A stretch of DNA of 64,000 nucleotides. It comes from the human T2T-CHM13v2.0 reference genome, Homo sapiens. Made by a program: the position numbers and the translations under genes. Every line of letters begins with the position of its first letter. The first letter of the stretch is position 1. The stretch lies in assembly GCF_009914755.1 (NCBI RefSeq), contig NC_060941.1; one strand, written 5' to 3'. The notes under the pieces are model-generated. The model saw nothing but the letters and a program-made list of their open reading frames with translations. It was not told the origin of the DNA and searched no databases. Positions 46,891 through 62,544 of this stretch are shown here, piece by piece.

Positions 46891-47427
46891 TGCCTGTATC
46901 AACCACATGGTTTATTTTCTGTATTCTGAAAATTTAACATCTGGGGTTTTGCTAATCCTGGAGGGACTGCTCCTTCTGGTGTTAGTTACCCAGTTCCTAA
47001 AGATAGTAAGCAATTCGCCTGTTTTTCAAATGTGGATCAACCAACTCACAGCCTATTCCCCCAGCCACCTTCTCTATGGGGCTCTCACACCATCCCTTGT
47101 GCTAATCATCCCAGGCTATGTACCAGGCAATTAGTGTCAGCCCTTGTACTCTAGAGCCTGATAAAATTCTTCCCATTAGCCGATCTCAAGCCTGTTTACC
47201 TTACCTTGCCTGTTTCTTCCCATGGAAACCACAATAAAGGTCCTTGCCCACATTTTCCCTTTCTTTCTGCTGCCTAAGTAACCCAGATGCTTTCTCATGT
47301 GGCCCCCTGTGGTGTGGCATGCTCTCTCCTCTTGGGAACTGTGAATAGCAAGCCATCTTTTCAATGGCAGTCATCTGATGTGTTGTTATTACTATATCTA
47401 AGTAATAATAAAACCTATATGAAAACA
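46891..47427 (+). mobile_element. ERVL solo LTR (MER74-like)
   Basis: CCTGGAGGGACTGC...GGGCTCTCACAC...CCACAATAAAGGTCCTTGCCCAC; TSD (A/T)TATG. Confidence 0.82.
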
Positions 47428-47506
47428 TTATGTAAATGGGGTCCTACAATATGTTTCATATCTGGTTGCTTTCAGTTAACATAATGTCAAAACCTTCAAA
47501 AAGGTT

Positions 47507-48413
<907 letters not shown>

Positions 48414-48964
48414 GTTTCATCCATGCTGTAGCATATATCAGTACTTTCTTCCTTTTATGACTGAATAATATTCCACCATACGGATATATCACATTTTGCT
48501 TCTCCATTGGTCAGTTGATGGGAAGTTGGGTTATCTCCACATGTTGGCTATTATGAGTAATGCTGCTCTGAACAAACTTACAGTATAGGTTTTTGTGTGG
48601 ACATGTGCTTTCAATTCTTTTGGGTGTATACCCAGGATTGGAATTGTAATGTCATATGGTAACTCTATAGTTAACTTTCTGAGGAATTACCAAACTTTTT
48701 CCAAAGGGGCTGCAGAGACCATTTTGTATTCCCATCAGTAATATGTAAAAGTTGCAATTCCTGGTTTTGATATGCATTTCCCTAATCAATAGCAATGTTA
48801 AGCATCTGCTCATGTGCTTATTGTCCATATGTATTTATATATTGGCCATATATTTACCTGCATATAATTTCTGGACTCTCAATTGTATCCCATTAATCTC
48901 TAGATCTATCCTTATGTCAATACCCCACACGACCTTGATTACTTCAGGGTTGTACACTACCTTT

Positions 48965-49494
48965 TGATGGTGTTCAGGACGTGCTACCTACCCCGAAATA
49001 TGGCACTTTGGCAATTGAGAAAATAGGAGAAATTGGAAGGTCACTCTTACCTTCCCGCATCTTTTCCCCTGAAGCAGGTCTTAAAACCTAGAAAGAATTT
49101 TCTGATCTTCCCCTGAAACAGGCCATACAATCTTCACTTGAGAGCTGCCCTCTCTATACCCAGAGGAAAGGTGCTAAAGACACAGAGATACCAAGAAGAA
49201 TTTGAACAGACAGGCTTTGTTAAGTTCTCCCCGATGTATTATCATTAGGTCATACTTCCTTTGTCCAATTATATTTCCCCACAACTGTTCACTCTTCCTC
49301 AAACCAAGGTATAAACATACACAGGTTTCCTTATTTATTTGGGTCTTCATTTTCTCGTAAAGACTCCCTTATCATGTAAAACCCATATTAAATAAATTTT
49401 GTATAGTTGTCTCCTGTTAATCTGCCTTTTATTATAGGAGTCTCATCCATGAAATTAGAGATGGGTGAGCAAAGTCAATCTCTTCTCTCTTATA
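48965..49494 (+). mobile_element. ERV1 solo LTR (MER34/MER39-like)
   Basis: TGATGGTGTTCAGGAC...AAATATGGCACTTTGGC...CCCCTGAAGCAGGTC; 4-bp TSD CTTT. Confidence 0.85.
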
Positions 49495-49830
49495 CTTTAA
49501 ATTCCACCATAATGTTTTGAGATAAGCTTTCTTGTTTTGTTGTCAAGGTAAATTAGTAAAATTATTTATTTTCTGCTTTCAGCAGATGATTTCCAGCCAC
49601 TGCCAGTTTCTCTTTCATATATCTGATGAATTTTGTGTTCATAATTCTATGATTCTCTCGTTAGGAGCTTGAAGCTATATTTCTACAATATTGTGATTTG
49701 ACTCCCCTAAACTTTATACTCAGGTTCCTATATTTCTGTGAGGCCTACAAAGATGCTTCCATACTTTTAATTTCAATATTTTACTTTTCAAAACGTTAAA
49801 CATTTTCATTGCCAAATTCAATTACTAAAG

Positions 49831-49890
49831 TTCATATTAAGGCTTGTAGCGATTCATACTAAGGCTTGTAGCAATTCATACTAAGCCTTG
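49831..49890. repeat. 22-bp tandem repeat, 2.7 copies
   Basis: TTCATA(T/C)TAAGGCTTGTAGC(G/A)A repeated. Confidence 0.92.
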
Positions 49891-49994
49891 GTTAAAATTC
49901 AGAACGCTTACTTCCTCTCTAGTGATACTATTAATGACTAATTGAATTGTTATTCAGGAGGGAATCTGGGGCTATAATTATTCCATATGATTTT

Positions 49995-50240
49995 CCAAAA
50001 ATCTATTTTTTGAGTTATAACTTACATATCGTAAAATACACCCACTTAATGTATAGAATTCAATGGTTTTTAGTGTATTTAGTATATTTACAGAGTTGTG
50101 CAACTATTAGCATAATCCACCTTTTGAACATTTAGGATTTTCATCACTTCATAAAGAAACCTCCTGACTCACAGCCACTCTTCATTCCCTCCACCCTGCC
50201 AGACCAAGCTACCAGCAGTCCATTTTCTCTGTCTATAGAT
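49995..50240 (-). mobile_element. L1MB-type 3' end
   Basis: TTGAGTTATAACTTACATATCGTAAAATACACCCAC...GAGTTGTGCAACTATT. Confidence 0.8.
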
Positions 50241-50324
50241 TAGTGGGGCTTCCTAGGATTGGCTGCTGGGTCAACGTAGCTTAGTGTTCAGCCACTGTTT
50301 GGTCAGAGGTGGTATTTAAGGCCC

Positions 50325-50738
50325 CTTTTATGGATGGAAAGTTTGTGTTTCTCCCTCCAAATTCATACAATGAAGTCCTAACTCCCAATGTGATGGTATT
50401 TGGAGATGGGGCCTTTGGTAGATAATTAGGGTTAGATGAAATCCTGAGGATGGGACCCTCATGATGGGATTAGTGCCTTAACCCATTAGTGTGTGCACAT
50501 GGAGCCAACTCTCCCCCTCTCTCTCTTTCCATCTGCACACACTGAAAAAAGGCCATGTGAGAACAGAATGAGAAGGTGGCCATCTGCAAGCCAGGAAGAG
50601 AGCCCTCACCAGAACCCAACTTCGCTGTTGCTCTGATCATTACTCTTAGCTTCCAGATCAGCGAAAAAATTATTTTTTGTTGTTTAAGCCACCCAGTCTA
50701 TGACATTTTCTTAACGGCAGCCACAGCTGACTAAGACA
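50325..50738 (+). mobile_element. MaLR solo LTR (MLT1A-like)
   Basis: CCCAATGTGATGGTATTTGGAGATGGGGCCTTTGG...GCAAGCCAGGAAGAGAGCCCTCACCAGAA...GACTAAGACA. Confidence 0.88.
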
Positions 50739-50848
50739 CTTCCAGGAGAATAAGATTTTCATCTTTTACTGTTGGATCAGTACGTAGCTTGGAGACTACG
50801 TCCGCGGTTCAGAAAATTTATAAGTTTGCTTTGCAGGTAGCCAGGGAT

Positions 50849-51630
50849 TGTAATCGCCTGATGAGTCCTTCCATCCTGCTGCACAGGCAAAGCCAGTTCA
50901 TTGAGACCAATGAAGTATTGCATTGAGGTACTGCAGGTATTGTGGTAAAGTAAATACTTCACTGAGGCTTTTCAGTAAGGAAGGAGTTTAATTGACTCAA
51001 GGCTGGCCACTCCAGAGATGGAGTTATCACTCAAATCAGTCTTCTGAAAGGCTCATGGGTTAGGATTTTTCAATTATAGTTTGGTAGGCAAGGGGCTAGA
51101 GAATGGGGAATGCTGATTGTTTTGGGATAAAACCATAGCAGGTATGGAAAACAGTGCCCATGCACTAAGTCCACCTCTGTGTGGGAATCACAGGACTTTT
51201 TGAGTCAGGGGTCATAATTCTGAGTGGAGTCAGCCGGTTGTCATAAATGCAAAAGTCTGAAAAGACATCCCTAAAGGCCAGTCTTAGGGTCTACAATAGT
51301 GATATTATCTACTGTAGTAATTGGGGAGGTTACAAATCTTGTGACTGCCAGAACAATGGCTGGTTATTGTTTATGCCTGCATCTTAGCAGAATTCAGGCC
51401 CCTCTCATAACCCTAGACTTGTGGACGTTTATTAGTTTTACAAAGACAGTTTAATTTTGGGGAGGGCTATTATCATCTTTGCTTTAAGGTTAAACTATAA
51501 ACTAAATTCCTGTCAAAGTTAGCTTGGCCTATGCCCACAAATGACCAAGGGCAGCTTGGAGGTCAGAAGCAAGATGGAATCAACCTTGTCAGATTTATCC
51601 TACTGCCATAATGTTGCAAAGTCATTTTCA
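50849..51630 (-). mobile_element. ERV1 solo LTR (LTR8A-like)
   Basis: TG...CA bounds; GTTAAACTATAAACTAAATTCC, AGCTTGGAGGTCAGAAGCAAGATGGA motifs. Confidence 0.85.
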
Positions 51631-52094
51631 GGGCTAGTAGCTCAGAAGTTCTCTTTCCCATTGCTACTGAGATGGCATAGCCTTGAGTATGCTCATGGTC
51701 TTCCCCAGACCACTAGACAAGGCTGTGAATTTAGCAGGATCGTCTTTGACCATCTCTTACCTTGCACTCCCCATTAAACTTCTGGCTTTTGGGCTGCCAT
51801 TGGTGTTAACCTTGAGCTGTTAGCTACCGCTGATAGCCAGCTGATTGCTGTATTGTTTTTGACCACATCCTGGGCATACATTTCTCCTTGGTCTTATCCA
51901 AATTAAGTATGGCCGCTTGGGTTTACTCAGATTACATCTTCCCCACCCTATGGAATGGGGCCTGGGAGAGGAGATAGCTACTCTTTGCTAGCTGTCCCAT
52001 GCAGAGTTCCCATCCCCTTCTCCAGTATAGATTGGATTATATTGTCAGTTCTTCTTATAGTATACGTCTCAGAGAGCTTGCTCTGAGATATATC

Positions 52095-52559
52095 TGTCCT
52101 CCTAAAAGGAAGAGACTAAAGCTCAAAGTATCATTTAAAGAGTTTACTTGAGCCAGAGTGAGGACTAGGGACAAAGTGAGCTGCTAGGGACATAATTCCA
52201 AATTACCTTGGGGAGTGCTTCATCAGCCTGTGTTACAGGCAGGTTTTTAAAGGCAAAGGGAACAAGGAGTGGGCCAATACAAAGCTGTTGAACAGGAATC
52301 CTTGTTTGTTTACAGATAACATTGGTTAGTAATTGGCTGTACATTGTTGAATTATAGGGTATGAGTTACAGTGTTCAGCGTATGTGTTTTATGGCTATTT
52401 GGTATCAGTTAGTCTGGAGCCCACATAGTAGGTGCATTCAAGAGATAATTATTTAGGTCAAGAGGGAATGAGGCATGACTGCTGTTTCATTCCAATGCCT
52501 ATCTGATCCAAAGGGGCTCACATTCCTCAGATGAAAATATTGATTTTTCTTCTTTCTCA
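52095..52559 (-). mobile_element. ERV1 3' LTR (MER31-like)
   Basis: AAAGAGTTTACTTGAGCCA...AAGGGGCTCACATTCCTCAGAT...TTTCTCA; preceded on the minus strand by polypurine tract AAAAGGGGAAAA. Confidence 0.8.
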
Positions 52560-53095
52560 TTTTCCCCTTTTGATAAAAAGCCTATCTTTTTGAAAGCACT
52601 GGCAACAAAAATATGAGCATCAACGTGTCCCTCTTTACTGGGAAGGTTCATTCCCAGATAGTCCTGAAGAATCTTTAAAAGTGCCCCAAAGCCAAGTTAG
52701 CATTCTCCATTGGCATAAGTGAGACCTCAACCAAGTCATTGATTTATATAACTGCTTTGTTTATTGAGTCTCGTTTGGTCTTTGGAATTCCATGATTTTA
52801 GTTTTCTTGGAAGAAGTAAAATGAGGGATACATAACATTAGTAATACACTTACGAATTACAATTAAAAAAAGTATTTGTATACCAGAACCTATTCCATTA
52901 GGAAGCCAACTAAAAACCTTGTAAAGAAAATTAAAACCAAGTTTTTCTTTAGAGATTTGTAATCAGGAAATGATTCAAGATTCAGTCCAAATTGTAGGAT
53001 ACTAACTAATAAAAACTCAAAAACAATGGTCAGGGCTAGAATGTAATAACAGGTGTACTATACTTTTCTTCTGAAATATTTTTTCTTTCTTAGAT
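52560..53095 (-). mobile_element. ERV1 (MER4-group) internal remnant
   Basis: Abuts the LTR via the polypurine tract; GATTCAGTCCAAATTGTAGG...AAAAACTCAAAAACAATGGTCAGGGCTAGAAT is typical of MER4-group internals. Confidence 0.75.
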
Positions 53096-53162
53096 GTCAG
53101 CTCTGCCATTATCTTCCCTTTGCTTGTGTTTGCATTATAGACGCTATCTTCTGTCCGTCTGA

Positions 53163-53511
<349 letters not shown>

Positions 53512-53886
53512 TGAATTGAAATTGGATAATGTCATCCATAAATACACTTGACCTGGCCCTTGGAAACTGCAGGATGTCACAATGTGCTGGGAGGCAGGCA
53601 AACAAATGGGTGCCATTGTGTCCCCATGCATGCAGTGATTTTCTCTGTCGTCCCTCAGGACATTTCAGGGTGACATGTGACTGGAGGGGGACTCAGCCCA
53701 TGTAAAGAGAAATGCGTCAACCTACACTTTAAGTATGAATAAAAATTAATACAACTTTTTGGAATAAAAATTAATACAAATGGAAATGTTACATTTTTTT
53801 CTTTCACCTCAAGATTGCCTTGTGTACTTCCTGGGTTGCCCACACCTCAGGCAATTTGGAGATCATTCATCTCAAAGTCTGTGCAC

Positions 53887-54113
53887 CAGTGTTTCTCAAT
53901 CTTGGCACTGTTAATATTTTGGACAAGAGAATCCTTTGCTGGGGGAGCTTCCCTGTGCCTTGCAAGATGTATAGCAGCATCCCTGGCCCTCATCCACTAG
54001 AGAGTAGGAGCACCCTCCCTAGCTGTGACAACCAGAAATGTCTCCAGACATTGCCAAATGTCCCTGCAGGGTGGGGAGCAGGAAACAAAATCATCCTTGG
54101 TTAAGAATCACTG
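53887..54113 (+). mobile_element. MER20 hAT-Charlie element, full length
   Basis: CAGTGTTTCTCAATCTTGGCACTG...TGTGACAACCAGAAATGTCTCCAGACATTGCCAAATGTCCC...TTAAGAATCACTG. Confidence 0.92.
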
Positions 54114-54434
54114 TTGTGTACAGAGTAAAGCCATAGACATAGAGTTGCTCACACTTAACATCTTCTGTTGTAGAAAGATATATCCGCTGCTCATACGGAT
54201 ACATTAAATAACCACAGTGTGCACACCCTGAAGTTCGCCTGTGTTTTCTGATGTCTTGGTATCACCGTATAAACACATATTACTATAGAAAATTTGAAAA
54301 ATAGAAGACACAAAAAAGAAAATTTTTAAAACTTATAACTGAACCTAAATTTGTTGTGTTTTCTTACAATTATTTGTGTAGAATTCATTGGCTGGTTAGC
54401 TCTTCCTTCAGTTTGGTCTTGGTTGTAGCATATC

Positions 54435-54720
54435 TTTTTTTTTTTTTTTTTTTTTTAAATTTTGAGACGGAGTCTCGCTCTTGTTGCCCAGGCTGGAGTG
54501 CAATGGAGCCTCCCTGGTTCAAGCAATTCTCCTGCCTCAGCCTCCCGAGTAGCTGGGATTACAGGCATGCACCACCACGCCCTGCTAATTTTGTGTTTTT
54601 AGTAGAGACACGGTTTCTCCATGTTGGCCAGGCTGGTCTCAAGCTCCCAACCTCAGGTGATCCGCCTGCCTTGGCCTGCCAATGTGCTGGGATTACATGC
54701 GTGAGCCACCGTGCCTGGCT
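54435..54720 (-). mobile_element. Alu (AluSp-like) with ~25-bp internal deletion
   Basis: TTGTTGCCC, TTTCTCCATGTTGG; TSD TTGTAGCATATCTT. Confidence 0.93.
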
Positions 54721-54859
54721 GCTTGTAGCATATCTTAAAGAAATGCATTTATATTTCTATCAAGTAATTTGAAAATTCTAACATATGAAGTCCATACTTT
54801 TCCAGTTGTCAGCACTGGTAGAAATCCCCCTTTTATGTAGTCTTTTAGTTGGACTTTTG

Positions 54860-55790
54860 GAGAGGAAGAGAATTAAAGATGGAAGCTAAACATGACATGA
54901 AAGACAACCATTAAAAATATAAATGTGTTTTACTGCAATGAAAAAATTAATTAGCTCAACCTCCAAAGCACAGTAAACAAAATTAATATTCAAATGAAAA
55001 AACCCTGAGAAAATATTTACATCTGTAAAATGACAATATTAATAGTTTCTTAACACATAGAATAAAAACGAAAAACATAAATATATAATGGACTTTAAAA
55101 AGTTGAAAAAGACAAATATTCTACTAGAAAAAAGACAAAGTAACAATTCAAAAATAAAAAATATGAGATGTCATTTTCTTACAAGATAGAAAAGATTTTT
55201 ATAATAATGCCCCTTGTTAAACGAAAAGTCTGTTACACTGGTGATGGAAATATAAATTGATACAAGGCTTCCAAAAAATAATTTGAGAATAGGCACCAAA
55301 AGCTTTCAAAATTTACATATACAGCCTTATAAATTTACTTAATAATTCTACTAGGAACTTATTCTAAGGAAATACGCATGGGTTGATGTGAAAAATTCAC
55401 CATAACAAAATTCATCAGACCCATCTTCGTAATAGTAGAAAATTTAATAATTACTTAAGTGTTCAATATTAAGATATTTTAAAATAAGTTATATGGCAGC
55501 ACCCTAAACCATTATTAAAATTGTATCTTAGAAAACTATGTAATGTTATGAGGACTAGTCACATGTATTAAGAGAAAAATATCATATGGTATTATGGTAT
55601 AACGCCAAATAGTAAATATAATACATTTTTGTAATTTTAAAAGTTTCCATGTGGAAAGATCTACACCAAAATATCCATACCTCTGAGTAGTGACTATCGT
55701 AGTTTATTTAAACTGTTTTCTGTTTTTCCATTTATATTTTCAAACATTTCCACAGTAAACATTCGTAATAAAAATGCTAAAAGTTGTTAT
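54860..55790 (+). mobile_element. Ancient L1 (L1ME-type) 3' region
   Basis: CTGGTGATGGAAATATAAATTGATACAA, AATTCTACTAGGAACTTATTCTAAGGAAATA. Confidence 0.7.
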
Positions 55791-56174
55791 AATAATACTG
55801 CGAGGCTCTTGAAACATTTTTTTGGTTCAGAAAGAAATACAGAACAGCGTTTTCCTTTCCAAACTGCCACCAGCTGGGAAAATCATCATGTAAGTTGTTT
55901 CACACAACACGCTTCATCTGAGAAGGAAGCAAATCTTGAGAAGGACCTTATGTTCATGGTCAATGATGTTCACTCAGGGATCCTTTTCATCGTTTTCCCC
56001 ACCTGTGCCAAGCACGTCCACCTTCTGCTTAAGCAAAACTCTTTCTCAGCCAGGAGCACATCGGTATATTGAAAAGACGACAGCGGTACTTGGAATGAAA
56101 CTTGAATGGATTTTCAGAGAAAACGTAGTTATTATACAGTATCTAGGAAAATGTAGTTATTATTCGGTATCTAG

Positions 56175-56481
<307 letters not shown>

Positions 56482-57001
56482 TCTAGTGGCATTTTAATGC
56501 GGTGGTGGCTTAGGACGGATACAAGGCTCCTGAAACTGAAAGTTCTGACTATCCAAGTGAAAGTGATTCTGATGAGGAGGAAATAAAAGGTGTCTAAAGA
56601 AACCAATGAGCTGTCCAAGGATCTAATTTTCAGTTTCATATCAACAGTGGCCACCTTTGTCTTGCTTCTCACTGTATTTACTATGGCTAATAAAGTTCCT
56701 GGCATATAATTAGTGCTAAAAATAGTTATTAAAGAAATGAGGACATATTTTAACACAACACAATATATGTAATCCAATACAAGGAAGGGAGTATAGAAAA
56801 ATCAAGTAGAAGGGGAAGAAATTAAATAATTGGAAAAATAGTGTAGAATGAGACATTCAAAAATATTAAATGAAAATTAAATAACTAAATGTTAGAAACA
56901 GAAAAAAGTATCATAAAATAAATTATCATTTTGGAGACAGATGGTATAATGTGAGCCAAAAATAGGCTTCAGATATTCTTACATTCATTCCTTCTTTCAT
57001 T

Positions 57002-57292
57002 TTATATTTTTCTCTTCCTATGCTCCCTTTCTTCTCCTTTTCTTTTCTTCCTCCTACCATTCCTACCAACCTCTCTCTTTCTTTCCCTTCCTCCCTCTTT
57101 CTTTCTCTCCCTCTTTGTGCCTGCTTTCCTCCTTCCCTCCCTTTCTTTCTTTCCCTTTCTTTCTCTTTCTTTCCCTTTCTTTCTCTTTCTTTCTTTCTTT
57201 CTTTTTCTTTCTTTCTTTCTCTTTCTCTCTTTCTTCCTTCCTTCCTTTCTTCTTTCTTTTTTGTTTTCTTTCATCTTCCCTCTTTTCTTTTC
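57002..57292. repeat. CT-rich (TTTC/TTCC) tract
   Basis: Read directly from the sequence; ~290 bp of mostly pyrimidines. Confidence 0.92.
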
Positions 57293-57921
57293 AAATGAAT
57301 TTGAAATCTATCCCATGCCAGACACAAGATAAACCCTGTACTTTATAAGTATCAGTTTTACTCAAAGATCCTGAAGGAAATCACGCCACAAGAAGCACTA
57401 ATACATTTTATGTTGAACGAAAAAAAAAACATGAATTATTTTTAAACAATTAACAAATACCATATTGGCTTTGAGTGAATCCAACCGCTATGAGATCATT
57501 TTGGACCCCTCGGTGATTAGGGATTCTCTGGTGGTTGATTTTGAGAAGCCCTGCTTTACACGAAGACCAAGAATGCACGCATATCCAATACACGGGAAAT
57601 AAAGCTTGGAGAGATGGTTTTATGTTGCATGAAAGAGTCAGGATTTATAAAATATCTATAAGCTGAACTTAAACAGTAATATAAAAGGATTAAAATTGTT
57701 CAAGAACAATACACAATCATCTACTGAAGGAAAAGATGGAAAAGGCCAGGCTTCAACAAAAGTCACAAGACAAGGATTTTGAGTAATACATACTTGATAC
57801 AGTCCAATGATGGGGTGAATGAACTAAAGAAAGGCTTATGGATTGTAGGCTGAGTTCATAGAGATGGAGGGAAACTGTTTTATTCCAATCACATCTGGTG
57901 GGTTGTATTCATCTCTGAACA

Positions 57922-58231
57922 TTATTTATTTATTTATTTATTTATTTTTGAGACTGAGTTTCACTCTTATTGCTCAGGCTGGTGTGCAATGGTGCGATCT
58001 CGGCTCACCGCAACCTCTGCCCCTGGGGTTCAAGTGATTCTCCTGCCTTAGCCTTCTGAGTAGCTGGGATTACAGGCATGCACCACCAGGCCTGGCTAAT
58101 TTTGTATTTTTAGTAGAGACGGGGTTTCACCATGTTGGTCAGGATGGTCTCAAACTCCTGACCTCAGGTGATCTGCCTGCCTCGGCCTCCCAAAGTGCTG
58201 GGCTTACAGGCATGAGCCACCGCACCCAGCC
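57922..58231 (-). mobile_element. Alu (AluSq/Sp-like) with (TAAA)n tail
   Basis: TSD TGAACAT(T/C)AT. Confidence 0.95.
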
Positions 58232-58359
58232 TGAACATCATATTTGAAGAAAGCCATTGACAAATTAGAACATGCTCACAGAAGAGTTGTCAAGACAATG
58301 ACAAAGACTTGAAGTCGTGCTACCTGGGGCAATAAAGAAAGCTGTCATCTTAAACACTA

Positions 58360-58700
58360 CTGTGACCAGTTTAATGGTTCTTCTCATACCACCATGTGAG
58401 TTCACTAGCAATCCCAAAACAGTGAATTAACACAACAAAAGGTTATTTCTCATTCATATTACACATCTGTCATGGGTTGATGGGGGTTTTGCTCTACACA
58501 ATCATTCGGGTACCCAGAATGATGGAGGCTGGCTCCACCATCTAATACTGGCATCATATGGAACATTCAGCCTCATCAGTCACATGGCAAGGTCAGAGAC
58601 AATGGGAAAGTTGCACGCAAGCTCCAGAATGCTCCTGCCTTACAGTAACGTGACCCCATTGACCTGTAAAAAACTGGAAAATATGGGCAAGTATGTAACA
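58360..58700 (-). mobile_element. MaLR LTR fragment (late MLT1)
   Basis: AATCCCAAAACAGTGAATTAACACAACAAAAGGTTATTTCTCATTCAT...GATGGAGGC. Confidence 0.65.
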
Positions 58701-58709
58701 CCTTATTAA

Positions 58710-59017
<308 letters not shown>

Positions 59018-59355
59018 TATTTAATCATTTTTAAATGGTGTAATGCTTAGCTTTCTATGGCTTTATTCTCAACCTTAAGAATAGTAGCTGGGAAATCATG
59101 GATTTGGTCTGCTATTATATTTTCTCTAAAATGTGTTAAAATAAATCACTTTTAGAATTACAGAATTTCATCCATATGCCACCTAAAATCATTCTACCTA
59201 CTACACAGTGTGTCACTTTTAGAGGAAAAACTAGTTTGTTGAATGCAATCAATTGCAGTAGAGGAAGAAGGAAATGAGGTTACATGGGAAGGACTGCTCA
59301 AAGAGACTGTGAAATGCTGTGGGGTTCCTGACTGGAAATTTGGGATCAAATTTGA

Positions 59356-59715
<360 letters not shown>

Positions 59716-59857
59716 AGGACAATCATTCTAACTTGGAAATATTGAAGAAGATGGAAATGCATAAGAATTCGGCTATGGAAGGTTAATAATAATATTAAAT
59801 AAATGGAACATCAAAGTGAGTTTCAAAATTAGGGTTTTAAATTTCCACTTAAAAAAA

Positions 59858-60038
59858 ATTTTTTTTTTAATTCTTATTGAGACATGGTTTTATTCTGTTG
59901 CCCCACCTGAAAAACAGTGGTGCTATCACTGTATTCCAGTGGCTCACTGCAGCCTTGATCTCCTGGACTCAAGTGATCCTCCTGCCTCAGCCTCCTGAGT
60001 AGTTGGGACTACAGGCGGGTACCACCATGCCCGGCTAA
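59858..60038 (-). mobile_element. Alu right monomer (FRAM/AluJ-like)
   Basis: GGCTCACTGCAGCCTTGATCTCCTGGACTCAAGTGATCC...CCCGGCTAA. Confidence 0.85.
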
Positions 60039-60184
60039 CGCATTTACCTCTTTCAGAGATTTGAATTAGCCATTTAACCAGGCTGAGTAGTTGAATAAGT
60101 AAAGCTGCTTCACTCAAAAATCTCTTTCCTTTGATGATAACGATCAGTGGTATTTGTTACCAAATGTTGCACAAAATTCTTTTC

Positions 60185-60345
60185 CCACAGTATCTCATTT
60201 GATCTTTGCAACAATGCTATATATTAGATTTGATTAATATTCCCACTGTATAGATGAAAAATCTGGGGCCTATTTACAGTGAAATACTTGCCCAAGGTCA
60301 CAGAGCTGAAGCTGAATCCTAGGTCTTTAACTAAAATCCAACCCT
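60185..60345 (-). mobile_element. MIR
   Basis: ATCTCATTTGATC...AGATGAAAAATCTG...CTTGCCCAAGGTCACAGAGC. Confidence 0.75.
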
Positions 60346-61929
60346 TCAAAGGAACTCAAATTTCCCACCTGGTTTTAGGGGTTTTCATTATAATCTTTCT
60401 ATCATTTTCTTGTCTTTTACTATCTTTTTGGATATAAGCAAGGTGTAAACAGCAATAGTTGAAAATTTACAGAGTCAGTTCTAGGTTATCACTAACTAGG
60501 GACCTCAGTTAGATTGAAGTGGGTGGCTGGGATGGGAAGAACTTTTCTATTTAACTTAAGACTGTTAGATAGATTTTCTGAGCGGTTATTCTGTCTTGTT
60601 TCATTTTCTTACTTTTATGTTTTCTTTCTTTCTTTCTTTTAAACATTTTTCCAGTCTAAAAGCCAGAATCAACAGGATCAAAAATCAAACAAAAATTCTG
60701 AGCTTCCCTAAGGACACACATGGGGGATTTGAGAATGTCAGCTGTACAAATATGACGCCATCTTTAGACAAACTGTCTGGAAGGATGGGTTGGGGGGGTG
60801 GATCCAGCTCCTGTGTGTTGCATGCAGATGTCATATGGCCATGCCTTTAGCCAGCTTTATTATCTGACAGATACGGAGCACAAATATTGACTTTTGCTAT
60901 TTTTACTGTAACTGCAGCCATAAACATTGATTACTTCAGGAGAGTGCAGACAGGAAGAAGGCAGCAGTGTCTCCATGGCCCAAGAGAGCTTTTGTCTTTG
61001 CCGCAGGGCAGCCCAAAAAAGAGTAGGACTGTGCATACGATCCTTATGGAATGATTCAATACAGAAATAGTAAAATGGTGATGATGTGAAAGATCCCCCA
61101 GGTTTGAGGGACTTAAAAATATCCCTATGGGTTCTGTATTGTCATCTGTGTTCATTTAGCCCAAGCAAATTCTGAATGCAGGAAAGAGGGGAACTTAAGA
61201 GCATTTAAAAGCCTTCCTCCTTCCATGGTGCATGCCTGTCTTCTGGGCAGACTTCCTCCTCTTCTGATGGCAACACACAGTAATTGATAATTACATTTTC
61301 CAATTTCTTCCCCTCTACATCCCAGAATTATTTGCTTGGCAAGAGAAATAATCAATCAATCAATGCATATTGCGTTGTTGGTCCTTTGTAGGAAATGAAG
61401 GGATGCCTCTTTTGATGACAATCTGTTTATTTGGCAGATGCAAAAAAAAAGCAAGGGAGATTTTCTGATCTAGTCTTTTCATTTGTTTGTTTTAGATTCA
61501 GAGCCTAAAATTTATGTTTCCTGTGTGGAGTAACCCAGATTTCCTGTTTGATTAGGTCTAATGTGTTCTGCATGAGCTTCTGGAGCTAGAAAGATCATAG
61601 TGAACATTATGGACACTAACAGGATGATGGTGGGACAGACAGCCAGAAACTTGAAAGTGGGTCTAGAAGATGACTGGTTTCCATCTGCAAGAAAAGGTCT
61701 GTTGCCCCCTAGTATTCACTTCAGCTGAACTCAGCATCTCAGCCAGGCACTCAAAGGCTTCAATAAGTTTAAAGCAGAAGAGTCTCTGTCTCAAAGTGCA
61801 TCTCATGCCAGCGCCCAACTCTGGCCTAAATCAGCCCAAAGTAAACCGACTTGAACTTTCTCCAGAGATTCAGGGAGTAAGAATGAAACCAACCCAGACA
61901 CCTTTAGGGGTCAAAAATCATTCAGATAG

Positions 61930-62345
<416 letters not shown>

Positions 62346-62544
62346 TATTATAGGTATTTTAATAAGAAGTTAAATCTTTTCATATGGAGTCTGGCTGTCA
62401 GGTGGCTTAAGACATTGAGCACATTTGCAGGACTGGCTCTACCACCAAACCTGCTGGTATCTGCCTTTAGAAGAGTCATTCATTCATTGATTAAATAAGC
62501 TTGACGGAGGAGTTTCCACCCATAAGTGGGGTAGAGCATATGAA

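Noticed and set aside
50857-50900. CTGATGAG resembling a hammerhead ribozyme core
   Set aside because: No correctly placed GAAA or closing stems; it lies in an LTR terminus.
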